Positions 1 through 13,270 of a stretch of DNA of 64,000 nt are shown here, piece by piece. Made by a program: the position numbers and the translations under genes. This DNA is from Eledone cirrhosa. Its lineage: Eukaryota. The notes under the pieces are model-generated. The model did not search any database. It saw only the letters and a program-made list of their open reading frames with translations, and was not told the DNA's origin. The stretch spans positions 306,466,001-306,530,000 of the forward strand of contig OZ024740.1 of NCBI GenBank assembly GCA_964016885.1. Direction: 5' to 3'. Each line of letters begins with the position of its first letter. Position 1 is the stretch's first letter.

Positions 1-82
1 TCTCCCCATTTTTTTTCTTACTTTTGCCGTTCCTTCTTCTCATCAATCTTTACTTTTTACTTATCTTCTATTTCTAACTCTA

Positions 83-118
83 TCTTCTGATGAAGGACTA
101 GTGTCCGAAACGTTAAGA
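83..118 (+). ncRNA. Minimal type-I hammerhead ribozyme (family A, Penelope pLTR-like 3' end spanning ~1-205)
   Basis: tctt-CTGATGA-a-ggac-tagt-gtcc-GAAA-cgtt-aaga. Stem I is tctt/aaga, stem II is ggac/gtcc, stem III is the palindrome AACGTT. A (CA)n tract follows at ~207. Confidence 0.75.
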
Positions 119-375
119 CTCTTTTTTTGCTATTTCAAGCGTTAAACTAATATATTTCTTCCATTTACTGTGCCGTTTGTTTTGTTATTTCTGTTTACCT
201 TCAACGCACACACACACGTGTGTGTGCGTATATATAGGTTTGTTGGTTCACCACTGGCTGGAACTGGTCATTCCGTATGGTCAATCTTGATGTAATATTA
301 TGGAGAGTACTCAACGTAATGCAACTCATCCGTCTTCGTTTGTGTAGTTGGTGGTGCGAGTACGAAGTTAATTAT

Positions 376-688
376 TATAAAATAACAGGAGGCTGGACTA
401 GTGTAAATCCTTGAAAGGTTTATTATACTATGATCATTTCAATGACTGGGTTCAGTATGAATTCGGTGATATCATCAGGTATTCTAAATAAATCAAAGGA
501 ATATAACAGATAAAATCCAATAGTCGGTCTTCCTCTTGTCTCTGATTTTCAGCCCCATGGATTTTATCTGTTTTATTTCGAATACCTGATGATATCACTG
601 GATTCATACTGAACCCGGTCATTGAAATGATCATAGTATAATAAACCTTTCAAGGATTTACACCAGTCCAGCCTCCTGTTATTTTATA
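376..688. mobile_element. Fold-back element (~120-bp inverted arms) with two divergent hammerheads (582-639 +, 425-482 -)
   Basis: Arms ~376-495 and ~570-688 are reverse complements with a few mismatches. Plus-strand motif: atac-CTGATGA-[actggattca/tgaacccggt hairpin]-GAAA-tgatca-TA-gtat. It ends in a TA-rich tract. Confidence 0.75.
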
Positions 689-705
689 GTTATATATATT
701 TATAT

Positions 706-1835
706 ATAAATAGCTTAGAGTTTAGACTCAATGGGGTCATTTACAATCATTTCAGCTCTAAGAATCGCTTCTGAGCAGTATAAATTAATATTTGATGAAC
801 ATTTACATGTTTTAGTTGCAATTGACTAATAAAATCGCTAGAGTGAAAATATCTTAATTCAACAACATAAAGTCTGCCTGTACGATCTAGAAAATAATAA
901 ATCAATACTCACAGACTCATATGGGCAAAAAGTCTTGGTACCTAGACACGTTTAAAATTCAAAATACAAACTTTTTCTGCAGATCGGTCAGAACTTCAAA
1001 CTTCAAACATGTTTCACAAAGGATGGTATAATGGTAAAATAATTAACTAATTAGCAGTGAGTTAATCAACTTTTTCTGTGTTTATCAATAGGTACCCAGA
1101 TAAAATTAAATAACTCCACCTCAGAAAAATATCTAAGGTCTGGTTAGCGTAGCGAAAATACACGATGTTTTGCACACGGCTTATTCCAGTCCTCTAACGT
1201 CCCACACATAGTGCTAGAAATAACAGCCGTTTATATGGGATTACGAATTCAGCTCACCTGGGGGAGCAGTGATAAATAGCTTAGAGTTTAGACTCAATGG
1301 GGTCATTTACAATCATTTCAGCTCTAAGAATCGCTTCTGAGCAGTATAAATTAATATTTGATGAACATTTACATGTTTTAGTTGCAATTGACTAATAAAA
1401 TCGCTAGAGTGAAAATATCTTAATTCAACAACATAAAGTCTGCCTGTACGATCTAAAAAATAATAAATCAATACTCACAGACTCATATGGGCAAAAAGTC
1501 TTGGTACTTATTTAATTTTATCTGGGTACCTATTGATAAACACAGAAAAAGTTGATTAACTGACTGCTAATTAGTTAATTATTTTACCATTATACCATCC
1601 TTTGTGAAACATGTTTGAAGTTTGAAGTTCTGACCGATCTGCGGAAAAAGTTTGTATTTTGAATTTTAAACGTGTCTAGGTACCAAGGCTTTTTGCCCAT
1701 ATGAGTCTGTGAGTATTGATTTATTATTTTTTAGATCGTACAGGCAGACTTTATGTTGTTGAATTAAGATATTTTCACTCTAGCGATTTTATTAGTCAAT
1801 TGCAACTAAAACATGTAAATGTTCATCAAATATTA

Positions 1836-1838
<3 letters not shown>
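706..1838. repeat. Direct plus inverted duplication block between TA tracts
   Basis: ~706-941 repeats directly at ~1272-1507. ~1508-1838 is the reverse complement of ~780-1113. A diverged relative lies at ~59820-60020. Confidence 0.85.
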
Positions 1839-1882
<44 letters not shown>

Positions 1883-1898
1883 GATAAAACATTTCATT

Positions 1899-1969
1899 GA
1901 TTTACGAACGTTTCTATCAATACAGTAAGATGTTCCATTATTTTCCTCTGTACTGATTTCTTCAGAATC
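1899..1969 (-). ncRNA. Type-I hammerhead ribozyme with long stem II
   Basis: Reverse complement: gatt-CTGAAGA-a-atcagtacag...ctgtattgat-a-GAAA-cgttcg-TA-aatc. Its 3' end runs into the (TA)n at 1840-1879. Confidence 0.75.
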
Positions 1970-2569
1970 CAGTAAACAATATAAATAACATATTTACCAT
2001 CGATGTTCAGACAACTCCAGTTAGTAAGACGTTAAAATTTTATGGAAGACGAAACGTACAAAATAAAATTTATTAGTGATAAAATATATATACAATGTGT
2101 TTCCGCACTGTTTCCCCTTAAGTATATTTTACTGAGAAAATATTGATTAACACAAGGCAATGGCACAAAAGGCATGTCCAAGATATTGCAATTGGATTGA
2201 ACCCAGGACCACGCGATAGCAAAATATTCAAGGGAGTTAACACAGGGATTAATAAATCTATTACAGAATTACTTCCCTTGCATCCTCCGCAAATAATTTA
2301 GTTCATAGCTATATGTTGATAGCAATTTTATGTTATTTTGGTTCTTTATTTAACGTTTGAAATAAATGTAAGTTTTTGTATGTGTGTGTGTGTGTGTTAT
2401 ATGGGTTTCGGACACGATGGGTTTCCAGATAGCTTCTATCTACCAAATTTTACAAGGGTAAGGTACAAGACATATAACCAAGGTTCTCCGCAGTAGGATC
2501 AAACCGAGAACGATGTGGTTGTCAGGCGAATTGTACCTATACAATATATATACGCACACGTTCCAATAT

Positions 2570-2830
2570 CTAAGTCTAAAGTCTGTCCTTAGCCAGAAGG
2601 CTCATTAGGCCGGTGCTTATCCCGGTTTCATGACATGACGCCAGTCCATCGCTGGTTTAATAACCTCCAGCTATTGCTGGCACTCATTTTCAGCTGAATA
2701 TACTGGAGCAACGTGAAATGAAGTGTCTCGATCAAGAACACAGCATGCAACCCAGACCAAGAATCGAACCTATGACATTATGATCGTAAGTCTAACTAAC
2801 ACCTTTACCACTAGGCCACGCGCCTCCACA
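2570..2830 (-). mobile_element. tRNA-derived SINE family 2
   Basis: Reverse complement begins ggaggcgcgtggcctagtggtaaagg (A box)...ggttcgattc (B box), followed by the cttga...acttcatttcacgttgctccagt core. Homologous to 10622, 16000, 16260, 32401 and 38017. Confidence 0.75.
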
Positions 2831-2979
2831 TGTACTGGTGTAACATTCCAAGGTAGGTAAGATTAGGAGAATTTATTAATTATGGAATTATCTCCCTTGC
2901 ACTATTGCAGTTAATTTTGATAGTTATTGCAGTTGAGCGTTGTGTAGATGTGAGGAAATCAGTGGAAGAAAATATTGAT

Positions 2980-3428
2980 TTCTACTATAGGCACAAGGCC
3001 AGTAATTTTAGGAGAGGGGAAGTCGATTCAATCGACTCAAGTGCATTACTGGTACTTTATTTTATCGACCTCGTAAGAATGAAAGGCAAATTTAACCTCG
3101 GTGGGATTTGAACTCAGACTGCAAAGGGCAGTAACTCTATGTTGCATAACATGCGTCCGCCCCTCTACCGATACTGCCGATCCACCGCCCTAGTGGAAGA
3201 AAATAATGGTTTCTTATATAGGCACAAGGCCAGTAATTTGGGGAGAGGGGAAAGTCGATTAAATCGACACCAGTGCATGACTGATACTTTATTTGATCGA
3301 CCCCATAAGGATGAAAGGCAAAGTTAACCTCGGCGGGATTAACTTTGCTTTTCATCCTTATGGGGTCGATAAAATAAAGTATCAGTCAAGCACTGAGTAA
3401 TTGCTGGCCTTGTGCCAAAAGTAGAAAC
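2980..3428. mobile_element. Cluster of tRNA-derived SINE family 1 copies (two minus, one partial plus)
   Basis: Shared core gaggttaactttgcctttcatccttacggggtcgataaaataaagtaccag...tgctggccttgtgcc. Confidence 0.85.
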
Positions 3429-4246
3429 AGTGGAAGAAAATAATGAAATATTAAAACATTGAATTTGTTTAAAATAATGTTTTAATGTTTAGGTTTTATA
3501 GCTATTTAAACACAGACAGTCACACAGGTTGATAAGAAAATGTACGTAGTCACGGGTCTCGAATAACCTAGAAACATTACCGACCACCCCACACCACCAC
3601 CACCACCACGACACCCCGCTTATTCCAGCCCCTCTCCTCACGCTCTTATCCACACTCCTCATTCTACCACCCCCCACACATACGCGCGCGCGCTTTTCTA
3701 ACCCCCAACCCATTCACCTATCCACCCCCGCTTATTCCATCCCACTTATCCACCCACCCCATTCAACCACCAGCTCAGCTTATTTCCGTACTCGCCCCCG
3801 CCCCTATTATTTGGGACCTTAGAGTAAATAAATGAACCTCAATTGATTTGTACGATGAGTATTCCAGTTGTTCGATCACTGGAACAACAGCCTGTGCCAG
3901 AAATTAGCATTTAAATAGATAAACATTCCACAGACATGTGTACCTTTAGCTTGACACTTTCTAACATGGCTGTCCCTTTCAATTACAGACACAGTCCATT
4001 AGACGGGCTTCTAAACAGCTTCCTGCTGTCCAGCTTCACTCGGTCAACTCGAAACTATGGTAAAAGACACTTGCCCAGAGGGCCATACAGTGGATTGGCC
4101 TAGAACTTCTTAACTATTTGGCTATACTGCATCCGATATACAGTATATACATATAGAGAGAGAGATAGACAGACGGGTGGATAGATAGGTAGGTAGGTAG
4201 ACATATAGACATACAAACATATATATATATGTTGTAATGACAGAAT

Positions 4247-4304
<58 letters not shown>

Positions 4305-4326
4305 ATTCTGTCATTACAACAGCAGA

Positions 4327-4411
4327 GGTCCGACGAGGTTTTGATTCCAGAGTCGGGCCAGATCGATACAGATCGAACCTTGAGCTGATCACTAGCGAAA
4401 CGCGCGTCGCC
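4327..4411 (+). ncRNA. Degenerate hammerhead-like motif (CCGACGA core, long stem II)
   Basis: ggt-CCGACGA-...-GAAA-cgcgcg-TC-gcc, with palindromic stem III ACGCGCGT. It lies between two (TA)n tracts. The base of stem II is imperfect. Confidence 0.45.
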
Positions 4412-4452
4412 GATCAATAAACGTAATGAAGCCTTAACAAATCGTCCTTGTG

Positions 4453-4553
<101 letters not shown>

Positions 4554-5593
4554 ACAGACAGGCAGATAGATAAATAAAACCGTGATTTTTAGATTACGAT
4601 GCGAAACTTTTGCATGGCGAGTCCACAACTTGATATCGATACTTATTTCATTTTACTTCGATTTATAAATCCCTGGACAAATATCACATCAACTGGTTTT
4701 ACGTTTTAAAATAAATACAATTAATTCTTGCTAGGAACCTCACAAATACAACGCACAAAAGTAGAGACCTCTTTGGGTGGGTGGGAGATGTCTTTTCTTG
4801 TGAAAATGGGTATAGTTTTCATTATGTAAAATCTTCCCATTTCGCCTCATTTATCCCCGTTTGGGGGCACTCCTCGCTTGGGTTTTTAGAGGTTGGCAGG
4901 TCTGAAAATATATGATCAAAGCGAAAGAAAAAGAAAGGGAAGAAAACAAACAAACAAGCAAAAAAAGACCATCAAGTGTGACAATCGGCAGGACACTACA
5001 AGGGTCAACGGAATATTTTGGGGGTCAGTTAATAAGAATTCACTAACAAACTAAACATATGCTGTAGCCAAAAGAGAAGGATTAGATTCTTTATCGCTAT
5101 TAAAAGTTTCCCAACATCCACGTCTGTGTTGGGATTTAGTGTTAGCGTATCTCATCAATGCCCTTAGACATCAATAGCTACTCATCTTCTACCGCCCATT
5201 TAACCCCTTCTCTCTATCTATTTCTCTCTGTCTACCTGTCTCTCCTTCTCTCCCCGCCTCTCTCTCTCTCTCATTTTTAATGTTTACTCAAGGAAGAAAT
5301 GGCAGCATCCATGAACCTTTATTTTTCCGCGGCCTCCGAGATTGGTGGAAGAAAACTATGCTCAAACAAGAGACCTGGTCGAATGTTTACTACAGAGTGG
5401 AGTTCGCTAAAGGCGCGCAAGAACAAGGTTGTAGATGTTAAACCGAACCGTTAAGACTAATAGTCAAGAACTCGGAAGGCAGACACGAAACAAATATAAC
5501 AATGGCATCTCGGCCGACATTCTAAGCATTTCACCAATCCACCGCCCTAGACTGCTACTTTATTTTATCGACTCCCGAAAAGATGAAAAGCTA

Positions 5594-5924
5594 CTCTCAG
5601 GTCTCAAATAACCCAGGGATTGGAATATAAATAACCCGGTGGTTAGAATAAGTGGGAGGGGGGGGGGGTTCCAGGTTGTCTCCGTTGATTTTTAAAAAAC
5701 CCAGAATTAGTCGTTTAGTTTACATATTGAGACCTCAACCCATCCTATTTATTTTATAATTTATGGGATTTCTAGTAATGTACTTTGTTTGTCATGTATA
5801 ATGTTTTTTAATGTATAAAGAAAATTAATTGTCGCAGAAATGCTACCACTTAAAATTTTCGCCGGAGATAGATTAGTAAAATTTAATAAGCGGGGGGCAG
5901 GGGCGATTATTCGATACCCGAGAG
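5594..5924. mobile_element. TA-flanked MITE (Tc1/mariner-type) inserted in a SINE
   Basis: ta|ctctcaggtctcaaataa ... ttattcgatacccgagag|ta. It splits the SINE core gatgaaaagc/aagttgac. Relatives occur at ~3545-3825, ~17515-17830 and ~22993. Confidence 0.65.
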
Positions 5925-6546
5925 TAAGTTGACTATGGTAGGATTTAAACTTACTGCGCAGATAGTCGAAACAAATACCTTTCCCACTTAATATTCTTTC
6001 TAAGGATGTTGAATTGGTGAGATTGTTACAGCTTCGGATACCTTACGGTATTTATTCCGACTTTTAGCGTTCTAATGCCAACGTTTGCAGCTAAACTCGC
6101 AAATATCTGTATCAGTCTTTGTCTTTCGGTTGAATTGACAGGACAGGACGAATTTGTGTGTATGGACAACTGCTGGTTATTCATTAAAAAAAAGCCTTCT
6201 TCGGGTTTGCACCTTGGAGAGGAACCTTTCATCTGTTGCTTCATAATCTCACAAGATATTCAAAGGCCCCGGATGTATTCTCAAAATTACTTCTCATAGG
6301 TCACCGATATTATAAATAATAATTCAGTTGGTGTTTACGACCATCAATAATAATATTTAATAACTTCCGGTAAAAACCGACAACAAAGCAAATGAACATT
6401 TAAAAGCAATAAACACTATTTTTATATAGGTCAGTAGTAAATGTCGATATATTTAATGCATAGAGCGTTAAAAAATTGAATTAGGGACAAAAATGCGTTG
6501 AAAAAAATATTATATTGGTTGATTATTGTTATTATTATTTCGTGCA

Positions 6547-7050
6547 GGTGGATTGGCAGTATCGGTAGAGGATCGGTCATCATGCTTTAACGTAAGAGTT
6601 ACGGCCCTTGCCATTCTGAGTTCAAATCCCGCCGAGGTTAACTTTGCCTTTCATCCTTACGGGGTCGATAAAATAAAGTACCAGTAATGCACTGGGTAAT
6701 TGCTGGCCTTGTGCCAAAAGTAGAAACAATTATTATTTCGTGCAGGTAGGGCAGTGGATTTGCAGAATCAGTAGAGCGTCGGAAAACATGCTTTGCGGCA
6801 TAGAATTACGACCTTTTACATTCTGTGTGCGCGGTTAGCTTTGCCTTTCATCATTATGGGGTCGATAAATTGTTGGCCTAAATCAGAAAACATTATTTCG
6901 TCAAGATTGACAGTATCAGAAGAGTGTCGGACAAAATGCTTCGTGGTATTTAGTTACGATTCTTTACGTTCTGAGTTCAAATCTCGCCTAGGTTAGCTTT
7001 GCTTTTTATCCTTATGAGGTTGATAAAATAGAGCGCCATTAACGCACAAT
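6547..7050 (+). mobile_element. Three tandem SINE family 1 copies
   Basis: ggtggattggcagtatcggtagag (A box)...gagttcaaatccc (B box), then the conserved core and an (ATT)n tail. Confidence 0.85.
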
Positions 7051-7509
7051 TATTCGTGCTGGTAAAAACACAAGCAGACACTACACAACGGTACATACTT
7101 AAAACACATGAACCATTACATCCACACACACACACACACACACACATATGACACTTCACCACAAATAAATAAATTCCTTAACCCTCTCACCACAACCCTA
7201 CATAAAAGTTTTTTAAGACATCCGAATCCACTGTGAGATGAAGCGATGAAGCTGAAACTTCGAAGTTACTGTTACTTTTCTACTTAGAAAATAAATATCA
7301 AATGTTTCCAGATGTTTATAATCTTGCATATTCTTTGAGTTATTTTATAAATATCAAAAACAATTTAATAGAAAAATAAAAAAATAAATTGAGAAGAAAG
7401 AAAAGAATGTAAAATAAGTAAATATAAACAAAAACGGAAAAGGAAGGGAAAAACAAGGACTCTAGTGTCACAGAAGAGAGGGGAGGCGTGGCAAGGGGAG
7501 GGGTGGGCT

Positions 7510-7690
7510 CTGGCTACACCCCACGGACGATTCCGCAAAAGCATTCCCGCAGACAATGGTCAGCGAAACCCACTGCAACAGCCACCCCATCTCGCGGGGT
7601 TCCTTCCTTAGACGGGCTGCTGACGTTTCGATCTTGAGGAGGAGCTCGGCAGTACGGGGTCCAAGTACAACAGAGGTCTCGACGGCGCAT
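7510..7690 (-). pseudogene. CRE-clade non-LTR retrotransposon 3' fragment (RLE end)
   Basis: AVETSVVLGPRTAELLLKIETSAARLRKEPREMGWLLQWVSLTIVCGNAF, homologous to the C-terminus of the 33760 ORF. Confidence 0.7.
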
Positions 7691-8271
7691 CTAAATAAAA
7701 GAAACCCATTAAGAGGCAAACTAACAGGTGAATCATGATTCCATCTCTTCCTCACACACATAAAGGTTATTTCACATTATATGCCCACTTTCACTTAGTT
7801 GATAACTAATAACCATTTTTAAAAATCGTTTTACAGGACAACTCTGGGCATGTTTCACATTTATATAAGATCGTCACCAGTATTTTTTAGTTGTTTCAAT
7901 TATCTGCTTTCTAGGCTTGCTAGTGTATTGGCGAGTCAAGCTTGTGTATATAAAGCAAGTATTGCACCAAGAAAAATAAAACGTCGGCGTGAAGTGATTA
8001 TGAATTTATTTGCTTTGACATATGTTTCTGTGTCTATTATAAATTATCTACATATGCTGACTACAATATATATTGTTCAATCATATGCAATACTTAATTA
8101 TCTATTACACTTCATCAGAAAGCCTATGATAGTGGAATTCAACTGTTCACTACGAGGTAAAATTCAGTAATGAGATTTTCGTTTAAGATTTTCGTAAATA
8201 AGTTAAAAATAGCAAGAAATACAGTGAGTTAGCACTGATGCAGCATTTTTTTTCTTTTGTAATTCAATAGT

Positions 8272-8348
<77 letters not shown>

Positions 8349-8715
8349 CAGAAGAAAAGAATGCTGCATCACAACCGATTTCTTACTTAGGAATATTTTA
8401 ACAAACTAGTAGCCTGAATAATAGAACAATACAAACACACACATAGCGCATATATATCAAACATTAAAAATACCGAAACCACACAAAGCCTATTATATAA
8501 ATCAAATGCGTGCTAACCATAAAGTAGATGAACAGAATATCAAAACCTCGCAAAACAGAATGCAAAATACATTACACCAAATCAGAAAACAACATTAATG
8601 ACAAACTATAAAAAATATTTAAGTTAAAAATCTTGAATAACAAATCCCAAAGTAGTATGTAAGCTTACAAAGTTATGACCAATGTAATTTACAAATTCTA
8701 TTGCAAACATGAAAG

Positions 8716-8899
8716 TAGGGCCGGATTAAGTCCCTTTGAAGTCCTAAGTACTTAAAAGATTATAGTTCCCCCACCCCTATATAAAGTCTGCATTATTTCT
8801 TTGGAATGACAAATATAATTAATTTGAATAAAATGATGCCCCTCTTCACTTGGTGTTCTAAGGATGTGTTTATTTTGCTTAATAGTTTATCCAGCCCTG
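8716..8899. mobile_element. hAT-type MITE with 8-bp TSD
   Basis: TIRs tagggccggattaa / ttatccagccctg. Flanks catgaaag / cgtgaaag. Confidence 0.7.
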
Positions 8900-8940
8900 C
8901 GTGAAAGTTATAAAATTCACAACTTCAACTGTTATATTCG

Positions 8941-9134
8941 CAAACCTGACAACTTCTAAAAACCCAAACTGGGAGTACCAGGAAAGAAAGTGTCCTAAAA
9001 TGGGGAGAAATGAGGCAAAATAGGGAGATTTTACATAATGAAAGATTACCTATTTTCATAAGAGAAGACATCTCACACCCACTCCAAAGTGGGTGGGAGA
9101 TCTCCCCGTCGGACGGGGAGAGTTGACAGAACTG
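8941..9134. mobile_element. MITE with tattcg target duplication
   Basis: caaacctgacaact...agttgacagaactg, flanked by tattcg on both sides. An inverted relative lies at ~4765-4904. Confidence 0.6.
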
Positions 9135-9639
9135 TATTCGTCGTATAAGCGCAAGCGATACACTCCTACTGGTTCACTATACATTTACCACAAAAAGCAA
9201 TGACTAAGAATTACACAACACGAAGGATTACTAAACTGAAAAAAAACACAAACATTAGTGCTCTACAGACTTCTCAACAAAATACGGGATGTTTAAAAAA
9301 AATTGATATCATTGGAGATGCAAATATTCCAGAAACTACAAAGTCTAGGACAACCAGACTGAGCAGGCTAAAAGTTGAGCAACATAAGATTTATTTTTCA
9401 AAATGTTGTCGACATTATAACATTAATTCCCGATATATATTTTAATGTGACAGCATTGGAAACAAGCCATTGACATCAAAGTTTTTGAAACACCTTATAT
9501 ATACCATTAATGATTAAAAAAATACATATAATACAGTACACTATTCAAATAATTTATTAATTTTTCATAATTAATTATATAAGTAATGAAAAAATAGGGG
9601 GAAGAGGCAAAGAAGGGCAAATCTCGGGGCTTGTCGGGC

Positions 9640-9872
9640 CGTTTCTTCATTGCACCGGTCGCCATCGAGACCTCGGGAGTCCTCGAATTCCTTACAGCCG
9701 AGCTCCTCCGTAAAATTGGAACATCAGCACGGAGTGCTTCTCCCGGCATACTGCTCTTAATGAAATCATTAAACGTGGCTTGAACGCAACTGGCTTTCTA
9801 TCAAACCTGGAACAGGCGAGGTTAAACCGATAGCATGGCAAAAGGCCAGACAGCGTCACAATCTTCCAGTTC
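9640..9872 (+). pseudogene. Rearranged CRE-clade fragments
   Basis: VAIETSGVL..LTAELLRKIGTSA is followed by RHTALNEIIKRGLNATGF...GKRPDSVTIF. This order is swapped relative to the 33760 ORF. Confidence 0.65.
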
Positions 9873-9972
9873 TAGTCCCGTAGAAGTAATTTCTATATTA
9901 AACATTATATACTCTACTATGTATTGAGTACCTTATTTACTGTGGTTACCCCCCCGATAGAACCCCCCCCCC

Positions 9973-10033
<61 letters not shown>

Positions 10034-10181
10034 CAGATCTCACACAATGCAGCTTCGACAGATGAATACTGCTTGATTATGGCTGACAACTGATGCAACC
10101 AAGACACCATAGTAAAAACCAACATATGGAACATTATATTATGTAACATTATCCCATTATTTTAATTTATATTCCTTTGAA

Positions 10182-10301
10182 GTTCCGATGAGCCACTCTG
10201 TTTTTTAAATATGTTAATTATTTTCAACTGAACCAGATCAATTATGATATATAGCCATCTGATCCAGAAATATTATAAGGAGTAGCGAAACAATTGTAAA
10301 C
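10182..10301 (+). ncRNA. Hammerhead-like motif with ~80-nt insert in stem II (CCGATGA core)
   Basis: gtt-CCGATGA-gccactc...gagtagc-GAAA-caattg-TA-aac, with palindrome ACAATTGT. It lies between (TA)n tracts. Confidence 0.5.
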
Positions 10302-10413
10302 GGACATTATTATTATTATTATTCTCTACATTCCTTACATCAAACTAAACTATGTTGACAATCTTTTAATAATGTCTTCCTTGTGAAATTTGTGGTCTTG
10401 TTTTGCTTAACTA

Positions 10414-11008
<595 letters not shown>

Positions 11009-11420
11009 TATATATATATATATTTCTCTCTCTCTATATATATATACATACAGTGTTTGAATTGGATCTGAAAAAATAGGAAGTTAAACAACTTTTTCCT
11101 CTCATTCTATGTTGAATCAACGATTTTTTAAACGTATAGTCGGTATTGTCTGCGCCCAGCCTACTGTTTCGCTGTTTACGGTGGCATCTTAAAAGTTGTT
11201 TCTTTCTATCCTTAAACAAGCAGCATTGTAATAAAACGAAAGGGAAAAGAGAAAAGAGTAGTTCTCATCATGGCAACAGTGCGTGTCTCCTCGAGGAATG
11301 CACCAATAAAGAAAGGTTGTTTGTTATGTAAGATAATTAACTGTCTGCTTTAGAACTAGAATTGGGTCTTGTTCCGCTTTATCGTCGTCGTCATCGTGAT
11401 CGTCGTCGTCGTCGTCGTCG

Positions 11421-11505
<85 letters not shown>

Positions 11506-11878
11506 GTGAGAACGAAATAGACAAAATAAAGAAAGCAAATAAAACAATCAACAAAGTGTATGCAATAATATATAAATTAACTTATATACATACATACATA
11601 TATATATGTATATATATATATATACGCACACAAACAAACGCTCACGCACACACTCACACATATAAGATAGTGCAAGGAAACCCAGCAATGGCCGTAGCCT
11701 TTGATGGCCTTCCCAATCAGTAGAAGTGGTTGCAGTTAATGTCAAACTTGACCATGTAAATTGTCCTCTGTCTGCAAAGAATGGCAAATGGCCATTGAGT
11801 ATTCTCACTTATAGTGATGAAGGACTGGATAGAATAGTTAGTAGAGGCTTGCGAAGCAGAGTGGACTATGTCTTTTAA

Positions 11879-12088
11879 CCCTTTAGCATTTAAGCAGTAT
11901 CCAACCAGAATTCTCTCACCTCTTTCTGTTCAAACCTGCTGTAACTGGCCACTCATACTACTGTTAAGGTATTGTTTTCAAAATAACTAAAATCAAAATT
12001 TCATAAATTTAATATTATGTGAGATAATTGTGTAAGGTAAAGCCTTTACCAAGAAAATATAATAGTTTATATAGAGTAATGTAAAAGG
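11879..12088. mobile_element. piggyBac-type MITE (TTAA flanks)
   Basis: ttaa|ccctttagcatt ... aatgtaaaagg|ttaa. Confidence 0.55.
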
Positions 12089-12120
12089 TTAAAAGGTTAG
12101 AATCTGTCCGGGCACACCGG

Positions 12121-12640
12121 GCGATACTGACTGACAGACAACTGACTGTTGAGGGCCAGAAGTGTGTTTTCACTGCTCAGCTAAGGCGATACTGACTCAC
12201 AGACAACTGACTGTTGAGGGCCAGAGATGTGCTTTCACTGCTCAGCTAAAGTGACACTGACTAGGAAACTTCTGACTGTTGAGGGCCAGAGGTGCACTTT
12301 CACTGGTTAGCTAAGGCGATACCGACTAACAAACCACGAGATGGAATGTCTCTTCCAGCGCATCTCTCTTACCATCCTCCGGAGAAACGCCTTCTCCATT
12401 CTGTCCGTCGGGGCTGTGGGACTGCCAGCACGTGGGACTCCATTTGCTCACCATACAGAGAGGATGGGGAGGGCGAGAGAGATGAAGGCGATGATGGTGG
12501 GAGTTCGGCTCTTCCGTGTTCGGACACACTGAACCTGTCAAGAGTGTATTTTCATACTCCCCTTTCTTCTAAATCACTAAATTAAGCTAACAACTGCTGA
12601 CTGTTGAGTTCCACAGGTATGTTTTTACTGCTCAGCTGTA
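12121..12640 (+). repeat. 65-bp minisatellite interrupted by a CRE 3' fragment (~12340-12560)
   Basis: gcgatactgac...ctgactgttgagggccaga...ttcactgctcagctaag starts at 12121, 12186, 12251 and 12316, and resumes at ~12590. The insert encodes MECLFQRISLTILRRNAFSILSVGAVG. Confidence 0.75.
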
Positions 12641-13079
12641 AAAAAGGTGCGTTTCATTTTCATTTCAGTTTTTGTGCAGCGATTATGACTTCAGTTTTTG
12701 TGACATTTTTTCATGACATTTATTTTTACCCAAGCCAGCTGACAACCGACCATTGCTTAAATGCCCGTGTGGTCAATCCACCTCTATTGGAAATTGAGAC
12801 ACAGAAGAAGTATGTGAATCGTGTGAGTTTTGGTGATGGTGATGAGGTGGGAAAGGGTGATCAGTTTGTTTCTTCAGAGGAACAGAAACTGTAGTAGTAA
12901 AGGTAGAAGGCACGTAGCTATTATTATTATGGATGTTGTTAGGATCACCTTCCATTTTGATATTCTCTTTGTAAATTAGAAAATCTTTATATATACTTGT
13001 GCCTACATTTTACACAACCACTGATATTGGGCCACAGAAGCGGAGAGGGTGATGGGCTCCTGGCCTAGGGTGGGGTGGT

Positions 13080-13270
13080 GTTTGGACTGCGCCCAGCAGA
13101 CAATATTGCAAAGGTATTTCTGCGGACAATGGCCAGCGACACCCGCTGCAACAGCCACTCCACCTCGCGGGACTCCTTCTTCAGACGGGCTGCTGACGTT
13201 CCGATTTTGTGGAGAAGCTCGGTAGTACAGGGACCGAGGACACCTATGGTCTTGACGGTGACATGCGCGA
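13080..13270 (-). pseudogene. CRE-clade 3' fragment
   Basis: VTVKTIGVLGPCTTELLHKIGTSAARLKKESREVEWLLQRVSLAIVRRNTFAILSAG. Confidence 0.7.

Larger units (their letters stand above)
8670..9240 (+). pseudogene. Probable GIY-YIG endonuclease remnant (Penelope-like) split by two MITEs
   Basis: Removing the MITEs gives MTNVIYKFYCKHES-YKIHNFNCYIR...KQ*LRITQH, resembling the VIY..C..YIG..R..H pattern. Confidence 0.4.

Noticed and set aside
7231-7275. gagatga-agc..gct-GAAA-cttcgaag-tta hammerhead-like motif
   Set aside because: Stem III is palindromic, but the core is mutated and stem I is absent. Too decayed to call.
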